Shown: piece by piece, positions 1 through 10,484 of the stretch
Numbering within the stretch: the first letter of the stretch is position 1
Layout of the letters: each line of letters opens with the position of its first letter
NCBI GenBank assembly: GCA_903953895.1
Contig: CAJBLH010000162.1
Coordinates: forward strand, 939-64,938
Reading direction: 5' to 3'
Source of the DNA: an uncultured Desulfobacteraceae bacterium
Lineage (GTDB): Bacteria; Desulfobacterota; Desulfobacteria; Desulfobacterales; Desulfatirhabdiaceae
Length of the DNA stretch: 64,000 nt
Notes under the pieces: model-generated
What the model saw: the letters and a program-made list of their open reading frames with translations, nothing else
Databases searched by the model: none
What the model was told of the DNA's origin: nothing
Program-made: the position numbers and the translations under genes

Positions 1-946
1 TGAGTTCGAACGCAGCGCGTCGGATGACGATTTTGCGGGCGCTCATTTCCAGAGGGGGAAGGGACTGCATGGGCATTCTGAATTCGCAACTGAAAGCCGG
101 GTTGTAAGGTTCGCCGAACGTTTGCCAATGGTTTTCAGGCTTGGACACGACAACACAGTCGACCATGATGCCAGGAACTTTGACGTTACGGGGATTGAGG
201 GTTCCACGCTCGGCAATCCTTTCGACCTGAACAATGACGACGCCATTGGAGTTTTTGACAGCCATGGCCACAGAAAGAGCCTCAAGGGTCATCGCCTCTT
301 TTTCCATGGTGACATTGCCATCTGTATCTGCTGTCGTGCCCCTGATAAAAGCGATATTCAGGGGGAACGCCTTGTAGAAGAGATAGTCTTTTCCATCGAC
401 GGTCATCAGTGAGACGATATCCGCACCCTGTGTTTTGGTAAGTTCGTTGAGCTTTCCGCCCTCGATCCTGGGATCGATAAATGTGCCAAGGCCCACATGT
501 GTCAGGTTCCCCGGCTTGCCGGCGGCGATGTCTCTGAAAAGTTGAACCAGGGGGCCCATGGGAATGTTGTAGGCAAGTATTTTATTGGCGTGGATCAAGT
601 TTCCGAACCCCGGGGTCAACCCCGTATGGCTGCAGATAATTCTTCCCACCAAACCTTCCAGTGCAAGATGATTCAGCCCTTTGTTCTTCCCGTCTCCCTG
701 GCCAGCCGGATAAACAAAGGTTAAGTTATTGGGGGTTCCGGTATGCAAAAACCGCTCTTTGAGAGCGATGGCAAGTTCCTCTGCAAAAGCTGCTCCCCCG
801 AACCCTTCCGTTACGACAGTATCGCCATCACGGATAAGACTGATCGCCTCTTCAGCAGTGACGATTTTTCCCTTCTTCATGCGTGTTGCGGTTCTCGGGT
901 CAATTATGGGGTGTTTGACCACTTTTGCGGGTGTACTCTCTGTCAT
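1..946 (-). CDS. acyl-CoA:acetate/3-ketoacid CoA-transferase family protein (YdiF / propionate CoA-transferase-like), N-terminal ~315 aa; rest lies beyond window start
   Basis: Not in the ORF track because there is no stop codon in the window. Hand translation of the minus strand from ATG 946-944 gives MTESTPAKVVKHPIIDPRTATRMKKGKIVTAEEAISLIRDGDTVVTEGFGGAAFAEELAIALKERF...IRGTTADTDGNVTMEKEA... and stays open to position 1. The short ORFs listed for 43-980 are out-of-frame or antisense fragments. Confidence 0.75.
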   Translation of the reverse strand, partial: MTESTPAKVVKHPIIDPRTATRMKKGKIVTAEEAISLIRDGDTVVTEGFGGAAFAEELAIALKERFLHTGTPNNLTFVYPAGQGDGKNKGLNHLALEGLVGRIICSHTGLTPGFGNLIHANKILAYNIPMGPLVQLFRDIAAGKPGNLTHVGLGTFIDPRIEGGKLNELTKTQGADIVSLMTVDGKDYLFYKAFPLNIAFIRGTTADTDGNVTMEKEAMTLEALSVAMAVKNSNGVVIVQVERIAERGTLNPRNVKVPGIMVDCVVVSKPENHWQTFGEPYNPAFSCEFRMPMQSLPPLEMSARKIVIRRAAFEL

Positions 947-1347
947 GATGCCGATCCTTTCTTCTTTCTGTAGGCTGTAAATCGAAAATTTCATCTATTG
1001 AGCGGTGACAAGCCCTGGCCCAAGCGCATTCATTATAAAATCACTGCATGACATCTGGCAACAGGTAATGGGGGGTATGGTCACAGATTTTTGGAATGCG
1101 AATCGAAAAAACCACATGGTCAAAGAGATAAAATGTTCCAGATGAAAAATTATCGTACAAAGTGAAAACGATGGGGAAAATATTTTCACGATAAATGCGT
1201 ATGAGCAATGGCTTGTTCACCTCTTAATCTGATTACTGATCGCTTTCTTTTTGCGGGAAAAAATGTATTTACTTGTTTTTGATATCCATGATATCGCGCA
1301 ATTAATTCATAATTTGTGTTGACCAGAGAAAATGCGGGCGGTTTCCA

Positions 1348-3192
1348 ATGAAAAAAATAGCCATAAGCGAATATCGCAAAGAATTTGAAGCGTTTATTGA
1401 ACAGGAAAGACATCTTGCCCTCATGATTTTTTTGCGGGTAGACAGATGGGGAAATTCAAAAACAGCCGTCAAGCATAAACCTTATGGGGAATGGATATCC
1501 TATACCTGGGCAGAGTTCGGCGAGCAGATCGATGCAGCCGCGATGGCGCTTCTTTCGATGGGCGTCAAGGAAAAGGAGATGGTCGGTATTTTTGCCGACA
1601 ACCGGGTGGAATGGTCCATTGCCGATCTGGCCGCGATGAGTATCGGGGCGGTGTCGGTTCCCATATATGGAACGAACTCAGCCAGGGAATCGCAGTACAT
1701 CGTTGAGGATGCACAAATCAGAATTCTGTTTTCCGGCAACCAACAACAATATGAAACGTCTTTGTCCCTCTTGGGAACAGCCGCTTATCTTGAGAATATC
1801 GTGGTTTTTGATCGGAATATCACCATTGCAAACAGCGATAAGGTGATGCATTTCGATGACTTTCTGGCGATGGGAAGGCACTCCGATCAGCAGGATGCCT
1901 TAAAGTCCGCCCGATCACAGCTCAGTGCCGATGACCTTGCCACCCTGATCTACACATCCGGTACGACCGGAGAACCCAAGGGAGCGATGCTGACCCACCG
2001 GAATATCCTTTCCATGGTGTTTGACCCGGATGAAAATTTGACCCTGGGTCCGGATGATGTCAGTCTTGCATTTCTGCCCCTTTCCCATGTCTTTGAGCGG
2101 GCCTGGACATATTTCACCCTGATGCGAAGCGGAGAGAATCACTACTGCCATGATACCAAGGCAATTCTGGAATTTCTGCGGGAATCCCGGCCCATGTACA
2201 TGTGCAGTGTTCCACGCATGTGGGAGAAAATTTATGCAAAGGTCAAGGAAGGCGTTCATACGGCTCCGACGGTTAAAAAAATCCTCTTTAACTGGGCGTT
2301 ATCTGTCGGCGGCCGCGTTGCAACTTCGGTAAGAGACCAAAAGCCCATCCCTGTATTACTATCCTTTCAGCACAAACTTGCAGAAAAACTGGTATTGGGA
2401 AAAATCCGTGCCATTTTTGGGGGGAGAAACAAGATTTTTAATTGTGGAGGATCGGCATTTTCAGCGGAAATAGCTGAATTTTTCTTTAATACCGGCGTAT
2501 TGTTGCTTCAAGGATATGGTCTGACCGAATGTTTTCCCATCTGCATCGCCAATGAAACACATAATAAGTTTGGCACCTGTGGTCCGGTGCTGCCGCTTGT
2601 GGATGTGCGGGTGTCTCCGGAAGGCGAAATTCAAGCCAGAGGCCCTGCTGTGATGCAGGGGTATTACAACAAGCCGGAACTGACCCAAGAGATGTTTACG
2701 GAAGATGGTTGGATCAAAACCGGTGATATCGGCACTGTCGATGCCGAAGGCTACCTGACCATCACCGACCGGATAAAAGATATGATGAAAACATCCGGCG
2801 GCAAATACATCGCCCCTCAACACATCGAAACCCTCTTGAAGGAAGATTTTTTTATGGATCAGGCGGCTGTCATCGGAGACGGCAGAAAATATGTCTCCGC
2901 CCTGATCGTACCGTCATTTGAGCCGTTGGAGAAATATGCAACTGAACAGGGCATCCCTTTTTCATCCCGGGACGCATTGCTGAAAAATCCCGAAATACTC
3001 AGTTTCTATCGTGAACGGATTGACTATCGGACGCGGCATCTGGGTCAGGTTGAAAAAGTGAAAAAATTTGCACTGCTGCCCCGTGAATTCAGTCAGGAGA
3101 AAAGAGAGCTTACGCCGACACAGAAAATTCGAAGAAAGGTCATCAATGATCATTTTAAGGATATCATCGAAACCATGTACCCGGATGGATGA
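1348..3192 (+). CDS. long-chain fatty acid--CoA ligase (AMP-forming, COG1022/FAA1-type)
   Basis: 614-aa ORF with the AMP-binding signature LIYTSGTTGEPKGAMLTHRN and C-terminal TGDIG...GYLTITDRIKD...K motifs. The start could be a later Met. Confidence 0.85.
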   Translation: MKKIAISEYRKEFEAFIEQERHLALMIFLRVDRWGNSKTAVKHKPYGEWISYTWAEFGEQIDAAAMALLSMGVKEKEMVGIFADNRVEWSIADLAAMSIGAVSVPIYGTNSARESQYIVEDAQIRILFSGNQQQYETSLSLLGTAAYLENIVVFDRNITIANSDKVMHFDDFLAMGRHSDQQDALKSARSQLSADDLATLIYTSGTTGEPKGAMLTHRNILSMVFDPDENLTLGPDDVSLAFLPLSHVFERAWTYFTLMRSGENHYCHDTKAILEFLRESRPMYMCSVPRMWEKIYAKVKEGVHTAPTVKKILFNWALSVGGRVATSVRDQKPIPVLLSFQHKLAEKLVLGKIRAIFGGRNKIFNCGGSAFSAEIAEFFFNTGVLLLQGYGLTECFPICIANETHNKFGTCGPVLPLVDVRVSPEGEIQARGPAVMQGYYNKPELTQEMFTEDGWIKTGDIGTVDAEGYLTITDRIKDMMKTSGGKYIAPQHIETLLKEDFFMDQAAVIGDGRKYVSALIVPSFEPLEKYATEQGIPFSSRDALLKNPEILSFYRERIDYRTRHLGQVEKVKKFALLPREFSQEKRELTPTQKIRRKVINDHFKDIIETMYPDG

Positions 3193-3200
3193 TACGGCGA

Positions 3201-3620
3201 ATGACGATGAAAAACGTATTCATATTTCCGGTACAGGTCAGGTTCCGGGATATTAGGCGGCAGGGGCCATGTAAACAATACCTTGTTTTTCACGTATTTT
3301 ACGGATGCCCGGTTGGCATTTTTCCAAAAAATAGCCAACTGCACGGATTTTTCCAATTTTCCCTTTATTTTATCATGGCCCATATCCGTTGCGATTATCT
3401 CAGGCCTGTGACGCTGAATACCCGACTCTTCCTTCAGATATGGGTAAAGGAAATCGGAGGCAAAAGTTTTAGACTGAGCTATCAACTGGTGGATGCGTCG
3501 GATGGGTCAACTGTTTATGCGGAAGGCGAGTCTGTTCAGATATGCTTTGATTATGCGGAAAACAGGTCCATCGCGGTTCCAGATGAACTGAAACAACAAT
3601 TGCAAACGTATCGATCGTAG
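3201..3620 (+). CDS. hotdog-fold acyl-CoA thioesterase (4HBT/YbgC-like) with apparent internal frame swap
   Basis: The N-terminus VFIFPVQVRFRD and the C-terminus AHIRCDYLRPVTLNTRLFLQIWVKEIGGKSFRLSY fit the family. The canonical GHVNNTLFFTYFTDARLAFF segment is encoded in the +1 frame at 3265-3370 (see findings). Confidence 0.6.
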   Translation: MTMKNVFIFPVQVRFRDIRRQGPCKQYLVFHVFYGCPVGIFPKNSQLHGFFQFSLYFIMAHIRCDYLRPVTLNTRLFLQIWVKEIGGKSFRLSYQLVDASDGSTVYAEGESVQICFDYAENRSIAVPDELKQQLQTYRS

Positions 3621-3635
3621 CCATTTTTGCTCCGA

Positions 3636-5081
3636 TCATTCTGTTGAAAAATGGGTTACACGATTTCGTCCGCTTTTTTTCGATTGATACAACGCCTTGT
3701 CGGCCTTGTTTATACAGTCGATTGCGGTTTCATTCGAAGAATACCGGATTGTGGCCACTCCTAAACTGATTGTAACATAATTTGATGTTTGAGATGTTTT
3801 GTGTTCGATACAAAGACTTTCAACGCGGTGTCTTATCTTTTCAGCAACTACACCAGCCCCTCGTTTGTCTGTTTCCGGTAGAACACAAACGAATTCTTCT
3901 CCGCCGTAGCGGGCGCATAAATCAGCCGAACGGAATATCCCTGTCTGAATCATTTGAGCAACGTGCTTTAAACAATCGTCGCCTGAGACATGTCCATAAT
4001 AATCGTTGTAGTCTTTGAAATGATCAATATCCATCATTATCAGTGACAGTTCCCCGTTGGATCGCGAGAGCCTTTTATATTCAATCGCCAGCTTTTCATT
4101 AAAATATCTGCGGTTGAATATACCTGTCAGCCCATCGATATTGCTGAGTGATTCTAGTTTTCGATTAGCTTCTTGAAGGGCTTTCTCTGCGAGTTTCCGA
4201 TCATTGATATCGCTCATCACGAGGCGACTGACGGGAACATCGGCATCCTGCGCGATGGTGGCTACCAGATGCGCCCAGAATACAGTTCCGTCCATTTTCG
4301 CCATCCGCAGCTCGCATATCGGCAGTTCACCATTCTCAATAAGCTGTTTACAATGGCAGGAATAGATATCCTGGTCCGCATCGACGATAAACCGGGAAAT
4401 CGGCTGCTTGATCAGTGCATTCCGGGCCATGCCCAGCAGGGTCGCAGCAGTAAGATTGGCTTCCAGAATCAAGCCTTTTTCACAGATCGTGCAATAACCA
4501 ATCGGCGCCAGATCGTAAAGATCGAAATAGCGTGACTTCGTGGTTTCCAGTTTATCCTGCGTTACGCGGAGTTTTTCGTTTTGAGCTTCCAATTCAATCT
4601 GATTCTTCCGCAACTGCCATTCAACTTTCTTTTCCTGCTCCAGCACCTGTCGCAGTTTTTCATTTTTTTCCTGAAGTTCAAGAACCAGTGCGATGCGGTC
4701 TTTACGAACCAGATAATAGTTCATGGCATCCCGAAGCGCTTGTTTTAATTCTTCCGGCTTTGTCGGCTTGGTGATGTATCGATAAATTTCACCGGTGTTG
4801 ATGCAGTGCAGCAATTGATCGAATTGTAAATTGGCGCTCAATGCCATCCGAACCGTATCCGGATATATCTCCTTGACATGTCTGAGGAGGGTTGATCCGT
4901 CCATTTCGGGCATTTTCATGTCACTGATGATAATATGAATCGGCATTGCTGCCATTATACTCAATGCCTCGACGCCGCTACCGGCAAAACGCACCGCATA
5001 GTTCTCCCTGCCCATCAGACGTTTGATAGCGCTCAGTATGTCCGGTTCATCATCCACAAACAGTACATGGATATCGTTCAT
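3636..5081 (-). CDS. response regulator receiver - coiled coil - PAS - GGDEF diguanylate cyclase
   Basis: REC motifs VLFVDDEPDIL and ISDMKMPEMDG, a PAS segment, and the GGDEF active site RYGGEEFVCVL. Confidence 0.9.
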   Translation of the reverse strand: MNDIHVLFVDDEPDILSAIKRLMGRENYAVRFAGSGVEALSIMAAMPIHIIISDMKMPEMDGSTLLRHVKEIYPDTVRMALSANLQFDQLLHCINTGEIYRYITKPTKPEELKQALRDAMNYYLVRKDRIALVLELQEKNEKLRQVLEQEKKVEWQLRKNQIELEAQNEKLRVTQDKLETTKSRYFDLYDLAPIGYCTICEKGLILEANLTAATLLGMARNALIKQPISRFIVDADQDIYSCHCKQLIENGELPICELRMAKMDGTVFWAHLVATIAQDADVPVSRLVMSDINDRKLAEKALQEANRKLESLSNIDGLTGIFNRRYFNEKLAIEYKRLSRSNGELSLIMMDIDHFKDYNDYYGHVSGDDCLKHVAQMIQTGIFRSADLCARYGGEEFVCVLPETDKRGAGVVAEKIRHRVESLCIEHKTSQTSNYVTISLGVATIRYSSNETAIDCINKADKALYQSKKSGRNRVTHFSTE

Positions 5082-5171
5082 TGTTTAAACTTCCCTCGCC
5101 TGTATTTCGGCCTATACCATCGATTCCTGTTGAATACACCCAGGTTATCGTTTCGAGCGGCCCCCTCTTGG

Positions 5172-5226
5172 CCCTCCCTGGCTGTGGGAGGAGCAAGATA
5201 TATCTCTCTCTCCCAGCCAGGGAGGG
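5172..5226 (-). terminator. long imperfect hairpin downstream of glgP (arms ccctccctggctgtgggag / ctcccagccagggaggg)
   Basis: The arms at 5172-5190 and 5210-5226 pair over 17 bp with a 2-nt bulge. There is no clear U-tract. Confidence 0.35.
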
Positions 5227-5263
5227 TCGAGGAGTATGATCAAAACGATGAACAAGATCGGTT

Positions 5264-7822
5264 TCATGACGATGCCCAGGTAATCAGCCCAGGTGTATAT
5301 TTGATCCATTGGTCTCCCCGTGGTGTTACCCTGACCGTGTAGGCAAATTGTCCGGAAACTTTGCAGATCGTGCTGCAAGCATACTGGTAGTGGTTGTATC
5401 CCCGATCATGACTTACGGACATGGTTTCGGTCTGTATATCTTCTATCGATTCAGCATGTTTTTGAATTCCCAGACATAGCTCCACATCCACTTCAGAAGG
5501 ACCGAGTACGCCGAGATTCACTGCAATCGTCACGCTGAAAGAATCTCCGACCCGATAAAATTTTTGGGGATTGACAACGATCGGCGGATTGAGATGAATC
5601 TGATTCCAGTGCAAGGCCAGTCGCTGGTGCTGATCTGCCAGATGTGCGGCTTCCGCAGCCTGATTGGATGAAAGTTCCCGAAACCGGAAGGCTCCCGGAG
5701 AATAAAACCGATCCTGGTAGTCGCCAACCATGCGCTGACTGCTGAACCGGTGCATGGCCATTTTCATGGAAGCCTTCATCATGCGGACCCAGCCTACCGG
5801 AACGCCGCTCTTGCTTCTGTCGTAAAAACAGGGAATGACTTCATTTTCCAGAACATTATAGAGAGATTGGCTGTCCATCCGATCCTGATAATCCGGATCT
5901 GCAAAATCGGTACTGTCTCCAATCTTCCAGCCGCAGTCATTCGAATATCCCTCTTCCCACCAGCCATCCAGAATACTGAGATTCAGCACACCGTTAATCG
6001 CCGCCTTGATACCGGATGTACCACAGGCTTCAAAAGGTCTTCGCGGGGTATTGAGCCAGACATCCGCCCCCTGAACCAGGTGATGGGCGATATGCATATC
6101 ATAATCTTCCAGAAATATGATCCGGTGCTGCACGCTGGGTCTACGGGAAAATTCGATAATGCGTTTGATGAGATCCTTGCCTTCAGTATCCCGGGGATGC
6201 GCCTTACCGGAAAAAATAAACTGGACGGGATAAGTATCGGAATTCAAAATGGCTTCCAACCGCTCAGGCTCCTGAAGGATCAGGTAGGCGCGTTTGTATG
6301 AGGCGAAACGTCTGGCAAAGGCAATGGTCAGAACATTTTGATTCAGCACGGATTCGGCATCTTTGATTTTATCGGCAGGGGCATGACGATGCAGATACTT
6401 TTTGATCAGCATCTCCCGGCAGGTGCGGATCAGCCTGGATCGATTCATATCGTGGGCCCGCCAGAGTTCTTCATCATGAATCTGATCGAACCGCTTGGTG
6501 ATATCCGCATGCTGGGTATCCCTGTGCCAGTCGGGACCGATATAGCGCTCGAAAAGCAGAGCATTTTCATGGGATATCCAGGTACGGATGTGAACCCCGT
6601 TCGTAACATGCGTGATCGGAATCTCATTTTCGAAAACCCGGGGCCAGATATGCGTCCACATCCGACGGGCTACTTTCCCGTGTAGCTTGCTGACCCCGTT
6701 GCAATACTGGGACATACGCTGGCTCAGTACAAACATGGAAAAAGGCTGGTCGGACGTGGCCGAAATGGTCTGACCCCATGAGAGCATTTCATCGAGTGAC
6801 GTCTGAAGTGTTTCCTGAAATGGCAGGAGATAGGGTTTTACCTGAAACGGCGAAAATTCCTCATGACCGGCGGCAACCGGTGTATGTGTTGTAAAAACCG
6901 TTGTTCGGGGAACAATCTCAAGGGCTGTCTTGATATCGATTTTTAGACCGGACATAAACAGGGCCAGGCGCTCTATACTGGCAAATGCACAATGTCCTTC
7001 ATTCAAGTGGCAGATGGTCGGAAATATCCCCAATGCAGTCAAGGCCCGCATCCCCCCGATACCTAACAGTATTTCCTGTGCGAGCCGTTTTTTGGGGTCA
7101 CCGGTATATAGACTTGAAGTGATATCCCGGATTTCCGGAGGATTGTTCCGAATATTGGTATCCAGAAGATATAGAGAAATTCGGCCGATATTGAGCTTCC
7201 ATACCATAGCATGAATGACCCCTTCGGGACCGGTAACCGATATCCGGACTTCTTTTCCTTCGGGGTCCAGGGCCTGTTCAAGGGGAATGGCGTACATATC
7301 GGTTCTGTGGTAAACTTCCTGCTGATAACCGTTATAATCCAGGAACTGCTGAAAATAACCCTGCCGGTAATACAGCCCGACCCCTGTCAGCGGAATCCGC
7401 ATATCGGAGGCGGATTTCAGATGATCTCCAGCCAGAATACCCAGCCCGCCGGCGAACAGCGGAAGGTTTTCGTGAATGCCGAATTCCATCGAAAAATAGG
7501 CGATTGTTCCCCGGTTTCCAAAAACAGAAAATGATGGATGCATCGGTGCTTGGATCATGGACTCGAAACGTGCCTGGACCTGCTGTTGAATTGCCAGAAA
7601 ACTGGGATCTCGAGCTAATTCCTGAAGTCGCTCCGGAGAAACCATGGTTGAAAGAACAATGGGGTTTCTGTTGGATTCACGCCAGAGCTGGGGATCGATA
7701 TGGCGAAACAGTTCAACGGCGTCGCGCTGCCAGCTCCACCAGAGATTTCTGGATAATTTTTCCAGAAACAGTAACTGTTTGGGAATGTTCGGAAAAACAT
7801 GCACAGTCTGAAATTGGGCCAT
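5264..7822 (-). CDS. glgP: alpha-glucan (glycogen/maltodextrin) phosphorylase, GT35 alpha-glucan family
   Basis: 852 aa. Carries the PLP-lysine region EACGTSGIKAAINGVLNLSILDGWW and the N-terminal extension typical of the alpha-glucan phosphorylase subfamily. Confidence 0.9.
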   Translation of the reverse strand: MAQFQTVHVFPNIPKQLLFLEKLSRNLWWSWQRDAVELFRHIDPQLWRESNRNPIVLSTMVSPERLQELARDPSFLAIQQQVQARFESMIQAPMHPSFSVFGNRGTIAYFSMEFGIHENLPLFAGGLGILAGDHLKSASDMRIPLTGVGLYYRQGYFQQFLDYNGYQQEVYHRTDMYAIPLEQALDPEGKEVRISVTGPEGVIHAMVWKLNIGRISLYLLDTNIRNNPPEIRDITSSLYTGDPKKRLAQEILLGIGGMRALTALGIFPTICHLNEGHCAFASIERLALFMSGLKIDIKTALEIVPRTTVFTTHTPVAAGHEEFSPFQVKPYLLPFQETLQTSLDEMLSWGQTISATSDQPFSMFVLSQRMSQYCNGVSKLHGKVARRMWTHIWPRVFENEIPITHVTNGVHIRTWISHENALLFERYIGPDWHRDTQHADITKRFDQIHDEELWRAHDMNRSRLIRTCREMLIKKYLHRHAPADKIKDAESVLNQNVLTIAFARRFASYKRAYLILQEPERLEAILNSDTYPVQFIFSGKAHPRDTEGKDLIKRIIEFSRRPSVQHRIIFLEDYDMHIAHHLVQGADVWLNTPRRPFEACGTSGIKAAINGVLNLSILDGWWEEGYSNDCGWKIGDSTDFADPDYQDRMDSQSLYNVLENEVIPCFYDRSKSGVPVGWVRMMKASMKMAMHRFSSQRMVGDYQDRFYSPGAFRFRELSSNQAAEAAHLADQHQRLALHWNQIHLNPPIVVNPQKFYRVGDSFSVTIAVNLGVLGPSEVDVELCLGIQKHAESIEDIQTETMSVSHDRGYNHYQYACSTICKVSGQFAYTVRVTPRGDQWIKYTPGLITWASS

Positions 7823-7867
7823 AATCAGTCCTAAAGATTATTAACGTCTTTGTTCATTTTATTGGTT

Positions 7868-10450
7868 TCATACACCTGTATGTCTTGCAGCAGCCTCATC
7901 CAGCACATTTCTGAGCATTGCCGCCAGATCACCCATTGCCACGGGTTTCATGAGAAACCCTTTTACGCCGATACCCCTGGCCCGCGCTTCATCTTTTTCA
8001 TCACTGAAACCCGTACAAATGATGATCGAAATCCCCGGCCGGATCGATATCAATTCCGCGGCCAATTGATCTCCGGTCATATTCGGCATCCCCCTGTCGC
8101 TGATTACCAAATCAAAACGATCAGGGCCAGCTCTGAAAACAGCCAAAGCATCTGGACTGCTCGTACGAACCGTCACCTGATAGCCAAGTTTTTCGAGCAT
8201 CTTCTCAACCATAAACGCAATCGGCGATTCATCGTCGACCAGCAGAATTCGTTCGGAACCTGTCGGATATTTACCGGCGGCGGCAGCAACTTTCTTATCT
8301 CCGGCATCTTCAAGAAGGGGTAAAAACACATTAAATACAGTTCCCTTGCCAACCTCACTGTTGACCTGAATATCTCCACCGCATTCCTTGATGATGCCGT
8401 GTACCACGGAAAGCCCCAATCCCGTGCCTTTTCCCTGTTCTTTAGTGGTAAAATAGGGCTCAAAAATTCTATCGATCACTGTTTGATCGATTCCGATACC
8501 GGTGTCTGACACGGTAATGCATGCATATCGGCCGGATCGCATGGCATGGAAATGGAGTTCATCTTTTTCAAATATCACAGGTTTCAGTGCGATATCAATC
8601 GCACCGCCGGTTTGCTGAACGGCATGATAGGCGTTGGTGATCAGGTTCATCAAGACTTGATGCATTTGCGTGGGATCTGCGAAGATCATACCGCAATCGG
8701 ATGCGACATGGCAGGTGATTTCAATATTCTGCGGTATGGTTGCGCGGAGCAGTTTCAATACCTCTTTCAGAATGGGCTGAATTCGGAGCGGAAGTTTCTG
8801 GATGTTTGATTGACGGCTGAAAGCCAGTATCTGTTTGACAAGATCGCCGCCTCGCTGTGCAGATTTGTGAATCTGTTCAAGGCTTTCATATGCCGGATCT
8901 TTCGATGGCATTTCTTCTAAAAGCAACTCTGCAAGACCGCTGATCGGAAACAAAATATTGTTCAGATCATGAGCAATGCCGCCGGCAAGTGATCCAATCG
9001 CCTCCATTTTCTGTGCCTGCTGGAGCTGGGTTTCCAGTTTGGCTTTCTCCAATTCTGCCTGTTTTCGCTCGGAAATATCCCGTGCTGCAGATAATACCAC
9101 CGGTTCACCGTTCAAATCGAAGACCTGACTGGTGATTTCAACCGGAATACGACGGCCGTCTCTGGTCAACTGGGCGCTTTCCCAGAATACAAACTCACTG
9201 GATTGAGATTCCGCCATTCTCTGCTGAAGACTGTTTCCAGCCTCCGGAGCAAGGATGGCCATTGGCGTCATTTGGAGCAACTCGTCACGGCTGTATCCCA
9301 GTTGCCGGCAGGCGACATCGTTAACCTCGATGAAACGACCAGCCAGACTTTCTATCGGCCCATAATTGACGAACAGCCCATCGTTGATTCCATTGAAAAG
9401 CTGACGGAATTTTTTCTCACTGAACAGAATATTGTTTTCAGTGCGCTTTTGGTCTGTCACGTCCATCATAGTGATGATGAGATGCTTGCATCTGTTTTTG
9501 TCCATGTAGTCGGTCATATATTTTTCTATGAGACGATTTTCCCCATCGGCGCGAATGATGTTGAAATGATAATGATGCTGATAGTCTCTCCCATTCAGAA
9601 ATAACAAATAATTGTTCATTACGAAATCCGAAGACTCGGGGGCGACAAAATCGGTAAATCTGCCGCCGCCCAAAACCTGCTCTCGGGAATAACCGCTGAT
9701 TTCGAGCATTCTGTTGTTCACCCAGGTTATTCTGGCCGTTTCATCGATGATGCAGATGCCTTGATGGGAAAATTCCGATATTGCCCGAAATCGCTCTTCG
9801 CTTTCTTGCAGGCTGCGTTTGGAGTTTTGTTCCCCGGATAAGGCGATGCTGAGACCGTTCAGCATCGTCGCCGTGGTCAGGGTGACAAAAGAATTCAGCA
9901 GTAAAAAATTCACAGACATGACCAGCCATTTTTCAATGACATTATCGTATTGCATCATCCACTGGAGCCGGCCGTACGCCATGAAAACCGCAATGGACAA
10001 GAATATGAACGCATTCAGTACCAATGTCCAGAGGGCAGATTCAAAACCGATAATGACGCTGATGATGACCGATGCGCCGAACAGCCAGATATAACCGGCA
10101 CCCACTGGTCCCAGAAAAAGCAAAAGGAAGGCTCCGAGAATATACAAAACGATAGCAACGATGCCGGTCCGAACTTTTAAGGGCCAATCGCGACCTATAA
10201 TTATGATTGCGGAGGTAATATAGGCTGTTGAATCCAACAAAATGACATTCCATAACCCTTCCTGATACGCCACCCAAATTGACGGGATAAGCGCGAAGGG
10301 ACCCAATGCGGCAGCCAGAAAACAAATGATGAAAAGTATCCGTTCTCGCCAGAATGTCAGCGGATCACTGTCCCACACATAGGCGGGCAAGAATCGCCTT
10401 TCCAGTTTAGACCACCTGGCTTTTATTATTTCTACGGTGGTGATATGCAA
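7868..10450 (-). CDS. hybrid sensor histidine kinase (multi-TM N-terminus, PAS x2, HisKA, HATPase, C-terminal receiver)
   Basis: H-box GGIAHDLNNIL, G2 box GKGTGLGLSVVHGI, receiver ILLVDDESPI...ISDRGMPNMTG, and about 6 hydrophobic helices at the N-terminus. Confidence 0.9.
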   Translation of the reverse strand: MHITTVEIIKARWSKLERRFLPAYVWDSDPLTFWRERILFIICFLAAALGPFALIPSIWVAYQEGLWNVILLDSTAYITSAIIIIGRDWPLKVRTGIVAIVLYILGAFLLLFLGPVGAGYIWLFGASVIISVIIGFESALWTLVLNAFIFLSIAVFMAYGRLQWMMQYDNVIEKWLVMSVNFLLLNSFVTLTTATMLNGLSIALSGEQNSKRSLQESEERFRAISEFSHQGICIIDETARITWVNNRMLEISGYSREQVLGGGRFTDFVAPESSDFVMNNYLLFLNGRDYQHHYHFNIIRADGENRLIEKYMTDYMDKNRCKHLIITMMDVTDQKRTENNILFSEKKFRQLFNGINDGLFVNYGPIESLAGRFIEVNDVACRQLGYSRDELLQMTPMAILAPEAGNSLQQRMAESQSSEFVFWESAQLTRDGRRIPVEITSQVFDLNGEPVVLSAARDISERKQAELEKAKLETQLQQAQKMEAIGSLAGGIAHDLNNILFPISGLAELLLEEMPSKDPAYESLEQIHKSAQRGGDLVKQILAFSRQSNIQKLPLRIQPILKEVLKLLRATIPQNIEITCHVASDCGMIFADPTQMHQVLMNLITNAYHAVQQTGGAIDIALKPVIFEKDELHFHAMRSGRYACITVSDTGIGIDQTVIDRIFEPYFTTKEQGKGTGLGLSVVHGIIKECGGDIQVNSEVGKGTVFNVFLPLLEDAGDKKVAAAAGKYPTGSERILLVDDESPIAFMVEKMLEKLGYQVTVRTSSPDALAVFRAGPDRFDLVISDRGMPNMTGDQLAAELISIRPGISIIICTGFSDEKDEARARGIGVKGFLMKPVAMGDLAAMLRNVLDEAAARHTGV

Positions 10451-10484
10451 TAGCTAACTCCTATGCGGCTGTAAGCAACTGGAT

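Noticed and set aside
5145-5378. 77-aa minus-strand ORF overlapping the glgP 3' end
   Set aside because: It overlaps glgP out of frame, and its C-terminal half is encoded by the hairpin arms.
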